Of a stretch of 64,000 nucleotides of DNA, positions 14,691-29,460 are shown in pieces. Both the position numbers and the translations under genes were made by a program. Under the pieces are notes generated by a model that made no database searches, was not told the origin of the DNA, and saw nothing but the letters and a program-made list of their open reading frames with translations. How positions within the stretch are numbered: position 1 is the stretch's first letter; every line of letters begins with the position of its first letter. This DNA is from the human T2T-CHM13v2.0 reference genome, Homo sapiens. The stretch lies in NCBI RefSeq assembly GCF_009914755.1, contig NC_060926.1. One strand, 5' to 3'.

Positions 14691-15083
14691 TAATTGCTTT
14701 GAACAATGCATGAAATACTTGAAATGTGTTGGCTATTATATAAAATGCTGTTAGGCTGATTTCTTCATCTGTATTTTTGTACTTGATTCTTTTGAGCCTA
14801 ATATCTATCCTTATGAACTTTTCGCTGCTGAGTACAGCCCATCTTTTTATTGTGTTGATGCTTTTAGAATGCCTATAGACATTCTATTTTCTTTATTTTC
14901 TTTTATTACTATTTTTTAGAGAGACAGGGTCTCACTATGTTGCCCACTCCTGTGTTCAAGTGATCCTCCTGCCTCAGCCTTTTAAAGTGTTGGGATTACA
15001 AGCATGAGCCACCACACCTCGCTGAGCATTCTTGTTATAGCTTTATTCTTAATTTGAAGAAATATTGAACAGAATAGGGCTAA

Positions 15084-15498
<415 letters not shown>

Positions 15499-15628
15499 TG
15501 ATTTTAAGTCCTCTTAATTCCTATTAACTTCTTGATGTTCCTTTTGCAGTCATGTTTTGTTGTATGTCCTTTTTAAAAATTCTGTACTTGTCCTTTATCA
15601 TTTGAATTACAAGAAAGCTAAGGCCATA

Positions 15629-17802
15629 TATATTAGTCCATTCTCACACTGCTAATAAAGACATACCCGAGGCTGGGTAATTTATAAAGGAAAGAGGTCT
15701 AATTGAATCAGTTCCACAAGGCTGGGAGGCCTCAGGAGACTTACAATCATGGCAGAAGGGGAAGCAAATGTGTCCTTCTTCACATGGCAAGAGGAGGGAG
15801 AAGAATGAGACCGAAGGTGGGGAGGCCCCTTGTAAAACCATCTCATGAGAACTCACTCAGTATTATGAGAACAGCATGAAGGTAACCTGCCCCATGATTC
15901 AGTTACCTCCCACTGGGTCCCTCTCACAACACATGGGGATTATGGGAACTACAATTCAAGATGAGATTTGGATGGGGACACAGCCAAACCATATCATTCC
16001 ACCCCAGCCCCTCCCAAATTTCATGTCCTTACATTTCAAAACATAACCATGCCCTTCCAACAGTTCCCCAAAGTCTTAACTCATTGTAGCATTAACTCAA
16101 AAGTCTAAGTCCAAGTTTCATCTGAGACAAGGCAAGTCCCTTCCACCTATGAGCCTGTAAAATCAAAAGCAAGTTAGTTACTTCCTAGATACAATGGGGA
16201 TACAGGCATTGGGTAAATACAGCCATTCCAAATGGGAGAAATGGACCAAAACAAAGGGGCTACAGGCCCCATGCAGGTCCGAAATCCAATAGGACAGTCA
16301 TTAAACCTTAAAGTTCCAAAATGATCTCCTTTAACTCCATGTCTCATATCTAGGTCACACTGATGCAAGAGGTGGACTCCTGTGGCTTTGCAGGGTACAG
16401 CCCCCCTCCAGGCTGCCTTCATGGCTGGTGTTGAGTATCTGCAGCTTTTCCAGGCACACGGTGCAAGCTGTTGGTTTATCTACTATTCTGGGGTCTGGTT
16501 GATGGTGGCCCTTTTCTCACAGCTCCACTAGGCAGTGCCCCAGTAGGGAAGTGTAGAGCCCCACATTTCTTTTCCATACTGCCCTAGCAGCAAACTTCTG
16601 CCTGGACATCCAGGTGTTTTCATACATCCTCTGAAATCTAGGCAGAGGTTCCCCAACCTCAATTCCTTACTTTTATGCACCCACAGGCCCAACATCACAT
16701 GTAAGCTGCCAAGGCTTGGGCTTGCACACTCTGAAGCAACAGCCTGAGCTATCCGTTGGCCCATTTTAGCCACGGTGGGACACAGGGCACCAAGTTTCAA
16801 GACTGCACAAAGCAGCGAGGGCCTGGGCCCAGCCCACAAAACCATTTTTTCCTCTTAGGCCTCTGGGCCTGTGATGGTAGGGGCTGCCCTGAAGATCTGT
16901 GACATGCCCTGGAGACATTTTTCCCATTATCTTGGTGATGAACATTTGGCTCCTCGTTACTTATGCAAGTTTCTGCAGGCTGCTTGAAATTCTCCTCAGA
17001 AAATGGGTTTTTCTTTTTTTATAGCATCGTCAGGTTGCAAATTTTCCAAACTTTTATGTGCTACTTCCCATTTACATATAAGTTCCAATTTCAAACCATC
17101 CCTCTCAAGGTCAAAGTTCCACAGATCTCTGGGGCAGGGGCAGAATGTTGCCAGTGTCTTTGCTAAACCATAACAAGAGTGACCTTTGCTTCAGTTCTAA
17201 AAAGTTTATTATCTCTGTCTGAGACCAGTGCAGCCTAGACTTCATTATCCAAATCACTATCAGCATTTTGGTCAAAGCCATTCAACAAGTCTCTAGGAAG
17301 TTCCAAACTTTCCCACATTTTCCTGTTTTCTTCTGAGCCCTACAGACTGTTCCAACCTCTGCCTGTTACCCAGCTCCAAAGTTGCTTCCACATTTTTGGG
17401 TATCCTTATAGCAGCACCCCACTCTCTGCAGTACCAATTTACTGTATTAGTCCATTCTCATGCTGCTAATAGAGACATACCCAAGACTAGGTAATTTATA
17501 AAGCAAAGAGGTTTAATTGGCTCACAGTTTCACAGGGCTGGGGGTGCCTCTGAAAACTTACAGTCATGGTGGAAGGGGAAGCAAACATGCCCTTCTTCAT
17601 ATGGTGGTAGGAAAGAGAATGAGAGCAAAGAGGGGGATGAGCCCCTTATAAAACCATCTTGTAAAAACTCACTGTCACCAGAACAGCAGGAGGGTAACCG
17701 CCCCATGATTCAATTACCTTCCATCGGGTCCCTCCCATGTGGGGATTATGGGAACTACAATTCAAGATGAGATTTTGGTGGGGACACAACCAAACCATAT
17801 AT
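15629..17802 (-). mobile_element. Full-length THE1 (THE1C/D-like) MaLR element: 3' LTR 15629-15996, internal 15997-17442, 5' LTR 17443-17802
   Basis: Two homologous LTRs (TATTAGTCCATTCTCA...CAAACCATAT). Internal region starts GTAAATTGGTAC on the minus strand and has a polypurine tract before the 3' LTR. TSD CCATA at 15624-15628 and 17803-17807. Confidence 0.92.
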
Positions 17803-17936
17803 CCATAGTATTTTGTATTTCTTTAGGTACCTATGTTTTTCTCATCTAGCAATAATGATTTTGAAGGGTGATCAAGATTTTTTTAAAGTAGGTGCTTTCC
17901 ATTTTGAGTTATCTTTTTAAAGCCTTGGGTATATAA

Positions 17937-18868
<932 letters not shown>

Positions 18869-19139
18869 AGTAGTCTGTTCCTTTTATTTACAGAGTAGTA
18901 TTCTATGTATGGATATATACTTTGTTTATCCATTCAGCAGTTCATAAACATTTGAGTTATTTCCAGTTTTAACTCTTTAAAAGTTTTGCTTTCCTAAAGG
19001 TTAGGATCTATAGACGATCATGCCCTAAGTGGTGTCTCCTGGTCATGTACCTTGGAGCTTCCTGTGCTTTATCAGGCAGCTCTCTTAGGCTGGACCCTGT
19101 TCTGGTCATTCTAGCCTGCTTACTTCAGGTGTGCACTTT

Positions 19140-19445
19140 ATGTTTATAATAAACAGAAATTTATTTAGCTCATGATTCTGGAGGTTAGGAGGGGCCTACA
19201 TCTGGTGAGGGCCTTCTTGCCCTGTCATCTCATGGTGGAAGGCAGAAGGGCAAGAGAGCACTAGGGAGTGGAGGAGGGGAAGGAGAGGCCAAATTCATCC
19301 TTTTATCAAGAACCATTAATCCATTCATGAGGGCAGAGCCCTTGTGACCTAATCACCTCTTAAAGATCCCACCTCTAATCATAGTTGCTTTAGGGATTAA
19401 GTTTACAAAACATGAACTTTGGCGGACACATTCAAACCGTAGCAG
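19140..19445 (-). mobile_element. MST/MLT1A-type MaLR LTR fragment
   Basis: AAACAGAAATTTATTT...TCTGGAGG...ACACATTCAAACCGTAGCA. Confidence 0.65.
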
Positions 19446-20288
19446 AAGTTCACTCTGCTCTAAGGGCAGAACACTTAGTTTGAATCTATCATTTGTCTAC
19501 CAACTCTTAGAGACACATGTCAAGATTTCCTAAAAATCCATTGTTCGTTACTTCAATAGCAGTTTGGAGTGGGTCTCTGAGTTTTTGCAGGTCAGCAAGC
19601 ATCTAACTGGAGTAGTAGGCATTCTTTAAACTCTCAAGAGATTCTCTTGTGGCCTGCCTCACTGGGGATGAGAAGCATGGCCTTTCACCCCTTACCTCTT
19701 ATGGGGATAGTAGTGCATTGCATTCCCAACTAGGATGAAAACTCTCTTGAAAGAAATCTCTCTCTTTCCTTAGTCTTTAACCTTTTCTGTAGATTGGCCG
19801 TGGGTAACAGCCTCAGTTGCAGAACCAGTTTGGGCTACCTCTTAGTAACTCCTAGAGGGGTGTCTGGTGCCTCTTTTTAGAATATGAAAGTGTGTTTCCA
19901 TTGTTCCCAGATCTGGGCTTTGACACACAGTAATGATTCCATCTTTACATTTTACTGCATACAGTTCCTTAGAATAAGCATTCTCCTTCCTCTAATCGTG
20001 GAACCTGGGGCTAATCAAGGAAAATATCATGTTTCTAGATTTAGAGCACCTTCTATGTGGTAGGACTAAACTGAGAGTCATAAAATCTAGGTTCATTTTG
20101 GCTCATTAACTAAATAAATATATAAATAACTGTAGTTTCCAGGACCTCAGGTTCCTTAACTATAAAAAGGATTTAGATGAGCCCTTCGAGATGTAAGTGC
20201 CTATGATTTCATGATAATTGGATATATCATTAATTATAAAATAATTGTGCAGAAAGCAATAGCAGAATCCATAAAAAGTCAAATGATG

Positions 20289-20919
<631 letters not shown>

Positions 20920-21576
20920 TGGGAATTAGTATTTTTAACATATATGGCAAACTACTAATATTAGTGAAATGTAACTTAGGAAGGAATTGAACATCATAGT
21001 GGGAAAATTATCACAGGACATGAACAGAAAATTAACAAAAGAAAAATGAAAACTGCCAGTTAACAATGTTTAACCTGATTGGGAATCAAAACATGCAAAT
21101 TAAATCAAAAGTAAGATATCATTTTATCATAGTAGCGAGGATTTTAAAAAATTGATGCTAATAGCCGTCAGCATTAAGAATGGGTAAAGATGTGGGAAAA
21201 TAAGCACTCTTTTATGTTTCCAGTGAAAGTGTAAATTGGTATTAACCTTAGATGTCTAACAATTATGATGCAAATCTGTATTGATATGGAACCATGCCTA
21301 TAATATATTTTTAAGTGAAAACTATGTATAAGCTTATTGCTTGTTGGGGGAGAAGAATGCTTCCTTGTATACATACTTGTATATGTGTATGCTAGAGAAA
21401 ACGACTCCTAGACATCAGAATTTTAATGATTATTTTTAATTGGTTATATGGATGATTTTTCTATCTTACCTGTACCTTTGTATATAGAATTTTTGTAGTA
21501 TTTACTAGTTTTTATTTTTAAATAGAGAAAATGTGCATGTTGCTAAAAGTTCAGATTATTTACGGTTTTACATTGA

Positions 21577-22022
<446 letters not shown>

Positions 22023-22936
22023 CAGGCTTTTTTTAAAAATACAAATGGTTGCATAGTGTACTGGATTTTTTAGTCCTTATTTTACAACCCATAGGAGTAC
22101 TCATAGAGCTGCCTCATTCTTTTGAAGCAGAAATAAATATCCTTATACATATTTATTTATGCATATATGTAAGTATATCAATGAGATAAATTTCTCGAAG
22201 AATTACTAAGTCAAAAGGAAGGTGTATTTAAAACTGATAGATACTGTATATCACCATTAGAAATAAGGAAAACTCACACCATTTATCTTATTTTTCTCTC
22301 ACCTTCTATATCCAATCCATTTGCAAATCCTGTTGACTCTAACTCCAAAATAAATTCAGGACTTGACCACTTCTACTCTGATTCAACCCACCTTCTCTTA
22401 TCAGGATTATATTTCAGTAGCCTTTTAACGGTCTCCTTGCATCAGCTATTGCCCCTTAATTATTAGGAGCCAGAGTAATATTTTCAAAGCATATATCAGC
22501 CCTTGGCTCCAGATCCTTTCAGAGCAAAAGCCGAAGTCTTTGTGGTGTCTTAAAAAGCCTGATCAGCACCTCTCCTTTTCCCCAAACCATCTCTCTGCCC
22601 CCCTTTGTGATCACATTTGCTACCGTTGACTCCTCTGGAGCCACACTGACCTCATTGCTGTGTCTGGGTTATGTCCGGCAAGCTCCCACCTCAGGGCGTT
22701 TTGCAGTTGCAGTTCCTTCTGCCTGAAATACCCACGTGGTTCACTCTCTGAGTTCCTTCAGGTCCTTTCAAACTATCACTTTATTGGAGAAGCCTTTCCT
22801 GACCATTCTGTGTTAAGTAATAATTTTCCACCTTGTATTCCTTTTCTCCTGCTTTATTATGTTCCGTTGTACTTACCAACATCTAATATATATATTTTTT
22901 GAAATGTTTCCAAGCTATAAGTCTAATATGTTTTGA

Positions 22937-23463
22937 ACTGTCCAGTATCGTAGCCACTAATCACTTGTGGCTATTGCCTACTTAAAATGTTGTTAGTCTA
23001 CTTGAGGAACTAAATTTAATAGAGGAACTATATTTGTAACTGTATTTAATTTCGGTTAATTTAAATGTATATTAAATAACGGATACCCAGTTCAGTTAAT
23101 GGAAAACTTTTAAGTATATTTGGAACAAGTTGGGTATGTGAGTTTACTTTTTCAGCTGTAAATTTTATGAGATTCAAATTCAGATCAAGTATTTCTGATG
23201 AAAATTTAGCATCCAAATTGAGATGTACTATAAGTACGAAATACACACTGGATTTCAAAGACTTAGGAAGGAAAAAAGAATGTTAAGAATCCTCCAGTAA
23301 TTTTTAATATTGGTTACATGTTGAGATTGTGATATTTTGGATATATTTAGCTCAAAAAAGAAATGATTAAAATTAGTTTCACCTGTTAACTTTTTACTTT
23401 TTAAAATCTGGCACTTGAAAATTTTAAATGTGGCTCATGTTTTATTTCTGTTGGACAGTGCTG
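22937..23463. mobile_element. Charlie1-family (MER33/Charlie1a-like) DNA transposon
   Basis: Termini CTGTCCAGTA...TTGGACAGTGCTG; internal GGAACAAGTTGGGTATGTGAG...AAATTGAGATGTAC...ATACACACTGGATTTCAAAGAC. Confidence 0.7.
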
Positions 23464-23753
23464 CTCTATTTATTTGTGGAGTTGTTTATTGTGTATCTCT
23501 GCAGTAGAATGTGAGCTCCATGTGAACAAGGGTTTAGTCTGTTTTGCTCCCTGCCCAACTGGTAGGTATCCAGTAAATTTTATAGAACAAATGAATAAAT
23601 TTGAATGAATCACCTCCCTTTTAAAAAAAAGTCAGTATGAGTAAAATTAAAAGGAAGACAATTTATATGCACATCCTAGGACCTAAACAAAAAGTTGTGG
23701 TTAGTATATATAGAATGCTTATAAATAAGGTGTAAATACAAAAGGGCAAAGGA

Positions 23754-24090
<337 letters not shown>

Positions 24091-24689
24091 TTAAATTACA
24101 AATATTCTTTGACCCAGTTTTTCCATATCTAGGAATTTAAGGATATAATCACAGATGTGTACAAAGAGTTTTCTATAATGTTTATTGCAGCCTTGTGTAT
24201 AATACTAAATCTGAAATTGAACATAGTGTTCAGGTTGCTAGAGAAATCCAAAGAGGGAGGGGTATAGAATGGCAACTTAGGGAAATATTTTAAGATTCTG
24301 TGTTGGTCAAAAAGTCTATCTAGTGAACCAAATTTATATTTTCAGTTGATGTGTTAGGAAAATTGATTATATGTATATACTAAATAAAATTTGTTAAACA
24401 TACCTATAACCCTTCAAAATTAAATTTTTAAAAACTTTTTACTGTTTCATGTAGGTATAACTTACTTCCTTGTCTCTTGATAGATTTCAGGCTTAAACTG
24501 AAGAAGTAATTGGTTCAAAAATCTTATTACTAGAAAGTAATGACAAATTTATAGTTTTCATTTCTAGTGTACATTAACCATAGGTCATTGTAACATCCCT
24601 TCTCCACAATAAAAATGGAAACTTATTTTGTGGAAATCATTTTATGTAAATATGTATTTAATACTTATTTCATCTTTCTTACCTTTCAG

Positions 24690-25514
24690 AATTACCATGA
24701 AATTATGACTCGTCATCCTGAGAATTATCAATGGGAAAACTGGAGTCTAGAAAATGTTGCTACCATTTTAGCCCACCGGTTCCCCAATAGTTATATTTGG
24801 GTGATAAAATGTTCCCGAATGCATTTGCACAAATTCAGCTGCTATGACAATTTTGTGAAAAGTAACATGTTTGGTGCCCCAGAACACAATACTGACTTTG
24901 GAGCTTTTAAGCACCTTTATATGTTATTAGTTAATGCTTTTAATTTAAGTCAGAATAGTTTATCAAAGAAAAGTTTGAATGTTTGGAATAAGGACTCCAT
25001 AGCATCTAACTGTAGATCCAGTCCTTCTCATACTACGAATGGTTGCCAGGGAGAAAAAGTGAGGACCTGTGAAAAATCTGATGAGTCTGCCATGAGTTTT
25101 TATCCACCATCACTAAATGACGCATCTTTTACTTTGATTGGATTCAGTAAAGGTTGTGTTGTTTTGAATCAGTTGCTTTTTGAATTGAAAGAAGCCAAGA
25201 AAGACAAGAACATAGATGCTTTTATCAAAAGCATAAGAACAATGTATTGGCTGGATGGTGGTCATTCTGGAGGAAGCAATACTTGGGTTACTTATCCAGA
25301 AGTCTTGAAAGAATTTGCACAAACAGGAATTATCGTTCACACTCATGTAACACCTTACCAAGTACGTGATCCAATGAGATCTTGGATTGGAAAGGAGCAC
25401 AAGAAATTTGTTCAGATACTTGGGGATCTTGGTATGCAGGTGACTAGCCAAATTCATTTTACAAAGGAAGCTCCTTCCATAGAGAATCACTTCAGGGTTC
25501 ATGAAGTATTTTGA
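24690..25514 (+). CDS. C2orf69: C2orf69 coding exon 2, aa 112-385 plus stop
   Basis: Acceptor TTTCTTACCTTTCAG|AAT, in phase with exon 1; NYHEIMTRHPENYQW...GFSKG...RVHEVF-TGA; 111+274=385 aa. Confidence 0.95.
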   Translation, partial: NYHEIMTRHPENYQWENWSLENVATILAHRFPNSYIWVIKCSRMHLHKFSCYDNFVKSNMFGAPEHNTDFGAFKHLYMLLVNAFNLSQNSLSKKSLNVWNKDSIASNCRSSPSHTTNGCQGEKVRTCEKSDESAMSFYPPSLNDASFTLIGFSKGCVVLNQLLFELKEAKKDKNIDAFIKSIRTMYWLDGGHSGGSNTWVTYPEVLKEFAQTGIIVHTHVTPYQVRDPMRSWIGKEHKKFVQILGDLGMQVTSQIHFTKEAPSIENHFRVHEVF

Positions 25515-27900
25515 GATTACAGGTATATTAATGAACTTGTTCAGTGGAAGAACATAAGCACTTTTGAGTGTTATAAATTCAGATAATGGGATGTAATTCA
25601 TAGCTGCATTGTCAGTTTTGGGGTATGGGGGGAAGCACACATTCCTAAAATGTGAGTGTAATGTGCAATAGTATTTTTTGCTTGTGAATGTGAGCAGTTA
25701 TTAATTTGGATTGAGTTAGAATTAGTTAATTTGAAATCTAACAAGGTGGTTTGTAATAATGCTGAGGAGATATAAGACCCTTAAAATGAAAGTTACAACA
25801 TTGTTCTTATAAAAGGTAACTAAAATTGTTACTGTTGGAAATAACTGATTTTCTGAGTAATGTTTTAAACTAATTTGGTGACATTTTAACAGTAATTAGC
25901 TATTTTGAGTGGAAATATTTTCATTTCTCTTCAAACAAAAGCAAAGGTACGATGCTGTTTTCTATCATTTTGGAATAACTGCACCCTGCCTTTTGTGTTT
26001 TTGTAAACTCCTTGACTCATTCTTTCATGTGTCACCAAGTACTTTTCTCATGAGAGTCAACATATATTTGTTTCCAAATGTCCACAAGTGTACAATAGTG
26101 TAAAGGTGGTTTTTAAAAACATAGCCAGGTGTGGTGGCACGTGCCTTTAGTTCCAGCTACTCAGGAGGCTAAGGCAGGAGGATTGCTTGAGCCCAGGCTG
26201 TGTGGTTCACCATAATTGTGTTTGTGACTAGCTACTGCACTCCAACCTGGGCAACATAGTGGGACTTCATCTCTAAAACAAAACAAAACAAAATTACACT
26301 TAAGCACTATTGTTTAATTTTTAATTGTCAGTTTATCATTATTTTGGGTAAGACATTCTGGGGTTTCTTGAATCTTGTCCAAAAACCAGTTGTTTTGGAA
26401 AATTGCTTTAAATTGAGCATATTTATGTATATTGGATAAAAATGTACTACAGAGCAAATTTCAAATTTTTCATTATATCAGTCTTTTTGAAAGGATCAAC
26501 TTGGATAAAATAAATATATAATGCTCTATTTGTTAGAGCTCTATTAAAAAGGAAACAGATTCCATAGATCTAAGTCAATGTTTCTCCAGAAGCATGATTT
26601 TGTCTGCCAAAAGAAAATAGCTCTCTTTGGCCAAAATGCAAAATTACATTGCTATAAGAAAAGTTACAAGGGAAAGTTTGAAGACACAAATGATTTAATT
26701 TTGGCTCAAAAACTGAATTTGCTTAACACTGCTACATAATTTGGGTGAAGTTTCCTTCTGCCCGTTTTTCTTGACCTAGATAAATACACTTTGAGAAATC
26801 CAGATCTAATAAATGTCAACCAACATTGACATTGTAATTGGGTGATTACAATAAAAGGTGAGCAGTTTGTTGTTTATTAATAATTAGCTTTTGCAGGTAA
26901 TGAAATAGCAGGGAAGTAACATGCTGCTTTAGGACTAAAAAAAAAAAAAAAAAAAAAAGACACTGAAGCTTAATACCTTAATGACCCAGAAGACCTAGAT
27001 TTATAAAGCCATATAGAATAAAAATGTTAATTTCTTGGTTTCTTCCCAGAATTATATTTTAATGACTCCATAAATACATTCCAAATATTCAGAGATTCAT
27101 GAGAAAGGATTCTTAACAAATGTTTAAAAATAACATTTCTTTTTGGTGTTTTAACACTTAATTTTATAAACTGCAGAACAGCATCTCTAAATGGCTTTTT
27201 TTTTTTTTTTAAAAGACAAAGTAGTATTATGTTGCTTCAGTTTCTTTAAATACCTCGTTTCTTTTGAGACCAAAAATTCCCATCAAGGAAATAAATCAGC
27301 CTGATTTTAACATTTTACATATTACATTGCCTTTAAGCACTATGATTGGATGGCTTTTTTTCTATTTGTTTAATAATCCTTGGCTAAATTCACATGTATC
27401 TAAAGTAAAATAGCTGAGTTACTGAATTCTATAAGGGGAAGAAAAAGCATTTATTTTCACATGATTAACTGAAATGGAAAAGTAAGACATTTAGCAGAAT
27501 AATTCATTTAAAAATAATTTTAAAAAATCAGACATATTTAAAAATCTAGGTTGTCTATCCAGTATGTGAATGCTTAATTATAATTGTTACATGTTGAATG
27601 GGTATTAAGAGTAAGTCACCAGGTACACAAAACTGCCATCATAGCAAAATGAGACAGTGTTGAAAAGACAAAATATTTTCTGGAATGAAAATATATTCAA
27701 GTTGATCCATATTCAGATGTTTTCTGTTTAATACTTCAGATTGGTCCTTTGTCCACATTTGTTTAAAACTTATTGTAATGTTAATTTATACTTTTGGATT
27801 GTGCCTTTGTCATGAGTTGAGAAAAGTAGTCCTACAAATAATGTGAAAGTTGTTACCACCACAGCATGAATGTATAATTGTATTAAAATTGATCATCCAC
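25515..27900 (+). other. C2orf69: C2orf69 3'UTR (end approximate; several candidate poly(A) signals)
   Basis: AU-rich sequence after the stop. AATAAA at 26509, 26808 and 26850, ATTAAA at 27882; A22 tract at 26937-26958. Confidence 0.55.
26123..26293 (+). mobile_element. FAM (fossil Alu monomer) in the C2orf69 3'UTR
   Basis: Single monomer retaining the 7SL-like TGTGA(C)TAGC(T)ACTGCACTCC segment; (AAAAC)n tail. Confidence 0.75.
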
Positions 27901-28002
27901 AGAAGTTTGTTTGGATGTGCTTTATATTTATTAGCATTGTTAAAACTTCAGATTATTTATAAAGGAAGCCATTTCTCCACCCTGCTAAGTTGGGTTTGTA
28001 TA

Positions 28003-28199
28003 CAGTAAGTCCTCACTTAACATATCAGTAGGTTCTTGGAAACTGAGACTTGAAGCAAACTGATATAACAAAACCAATTTTTTTCTCATCATTGTTTTAA
28101 CTAGATGACAACAAACAAAACGTTGAGGACCTGCTGTTTGTCCTTTTGTTTAAAGTCACAGATTCTAAGAACCTATGCACATTAAGTGAGGACTTACTG
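28003..28199. mobile_element. Short TcMar-Tigger MITE (MER6B-like)
   Basis: Perfect 18-bp TIRs CAGTAAGTCCTCACTTAA / TTAAGTGAGGACTTACTG; TA on the left flank. Confidence 0.8.
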
Positions 28200-28814
28200 T
28201 GCATCTTTTCATTATCTTCCATGTCTTTTCAAATGAGCAACTTTGAACCTTTTTTGTACAAATACATACCTTCTCCCTTTAAAATTGCTCCATAAAAATT
28301 TGCACTATATCCACTTCTTTTATTGGATTTCATAGAGAACAAAACCTCTAACAAGTTCATCCTTTTCTCTTTTCTGTGCTAATCATCTCAGGGATTTGTA
28401 GTCCTTTAGCTTCTTACAAGACTTGGTTAGGGTATGGTGTAATCTATTTTTCATTTCATTCATGTACTATCTAAGTAACCACCAAGGTCAAGGAGGGTCT
28501 AGGCAATGAGGATATAGGACAGACAATACAAAGTCCCAGCATGTTGGTATAGAAATGTTTAATACATTAAATCTTATGAGGTAAAATACAAAAGGTAGTA
28601 TTCATAAAAGAGCTATTTTGTTTTATTTCACTTGAAGTTCTTAAGAGAAAAACATAAGAGGAGATATAGACAGACCTCATCTGTAAACTCATGTTGCTCT
28701 TTACAAAGGAAGAGACCCAGCAGCTTTTAAGCCAGTTAGTGGTAGAGACAGGCAAGAGTCACCAAAAAAGGTCATTTTAGTATTCTGTTTAATGGAACTT
28801 AGAAAGAGACTACA

Positions 28815-28979
28815 TCGTGGGGTTGGGGGAGGGGGAGGGATAGCATTAGGAGATATACCTAATGTAAATGACGAGTTAACGGGTGCAGCACACCAACATG
28901 GCACATGTATACATATGTAACAAACCTGCACGTTGTGCACATGTACCCTAGAACTTAAAAGTATAATAAAAAAATAAAT
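28815..28979 (+). mobile_element. 5'-truncated primate L1PA 3' end
   Basis: GGGGAGGGATAGCATTAGGAGATATACCTAATGTAAATGACGAGTTAA...CACATGTACCCTAGAACTTAAAAGTATAATAAA; TSD AGAGACTACA at 28805-28814 and 28980-28989. Confidence 0.93.
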
Positions 28980-29460
28980 AGAGACTACAACTTAGGTATA
29001 TTTAAGACACCCAAAAACTTGTGGCTTGTATGCTTGAAACAAGACTAAGGTAACACCAGAGATGTGTGGGTGACTGCCAATCTATGTTAGTTCCTCCTGA
29101 CTACATCTATTTTTTAGCACTGGGGAAAGGAGTCACAGCAGCACAGTTCCAATTCCATCCAGGCCTGCCTTCCAGCTTCCTGCATTTTTTTTTTTTTTTT
29201 TTGTCAACTCCTTTGATGTCTGTTGGCAACTTTTTATAGGTGATAGAAAAGCCGCCTTACTAAGGTTCTTTCCAAATGTTCACATAGCTGCTGTTCAAAA
29301 GGATGAAGGATACAAATTAAGTTTTGTTGACTTTGTTTCCTTTGTTTTGGCATTTTATCAAAGTGAGTTAGAAATTAATTACAGGACAAATAGAATTCTA
29401 ATGTATTCAAATACCAAGACAAATAATGTTATGAAATGCTAATAATTACACTCTGTTTAG

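Noticed and set aside
24615-24689. N-terminal 25 aa (METYFVEII...) of the 299-aa ORF
   Set aside because: Intronic read-through upstream of the acceptor at 24689; splicing from exon 1 gives the expected 385-aa protein.
25113-25640. 175-aa ORF antisense to C2orf69 exon 2
   Set aside because: Shadow ORF of a real coding exon; no independent evidence.
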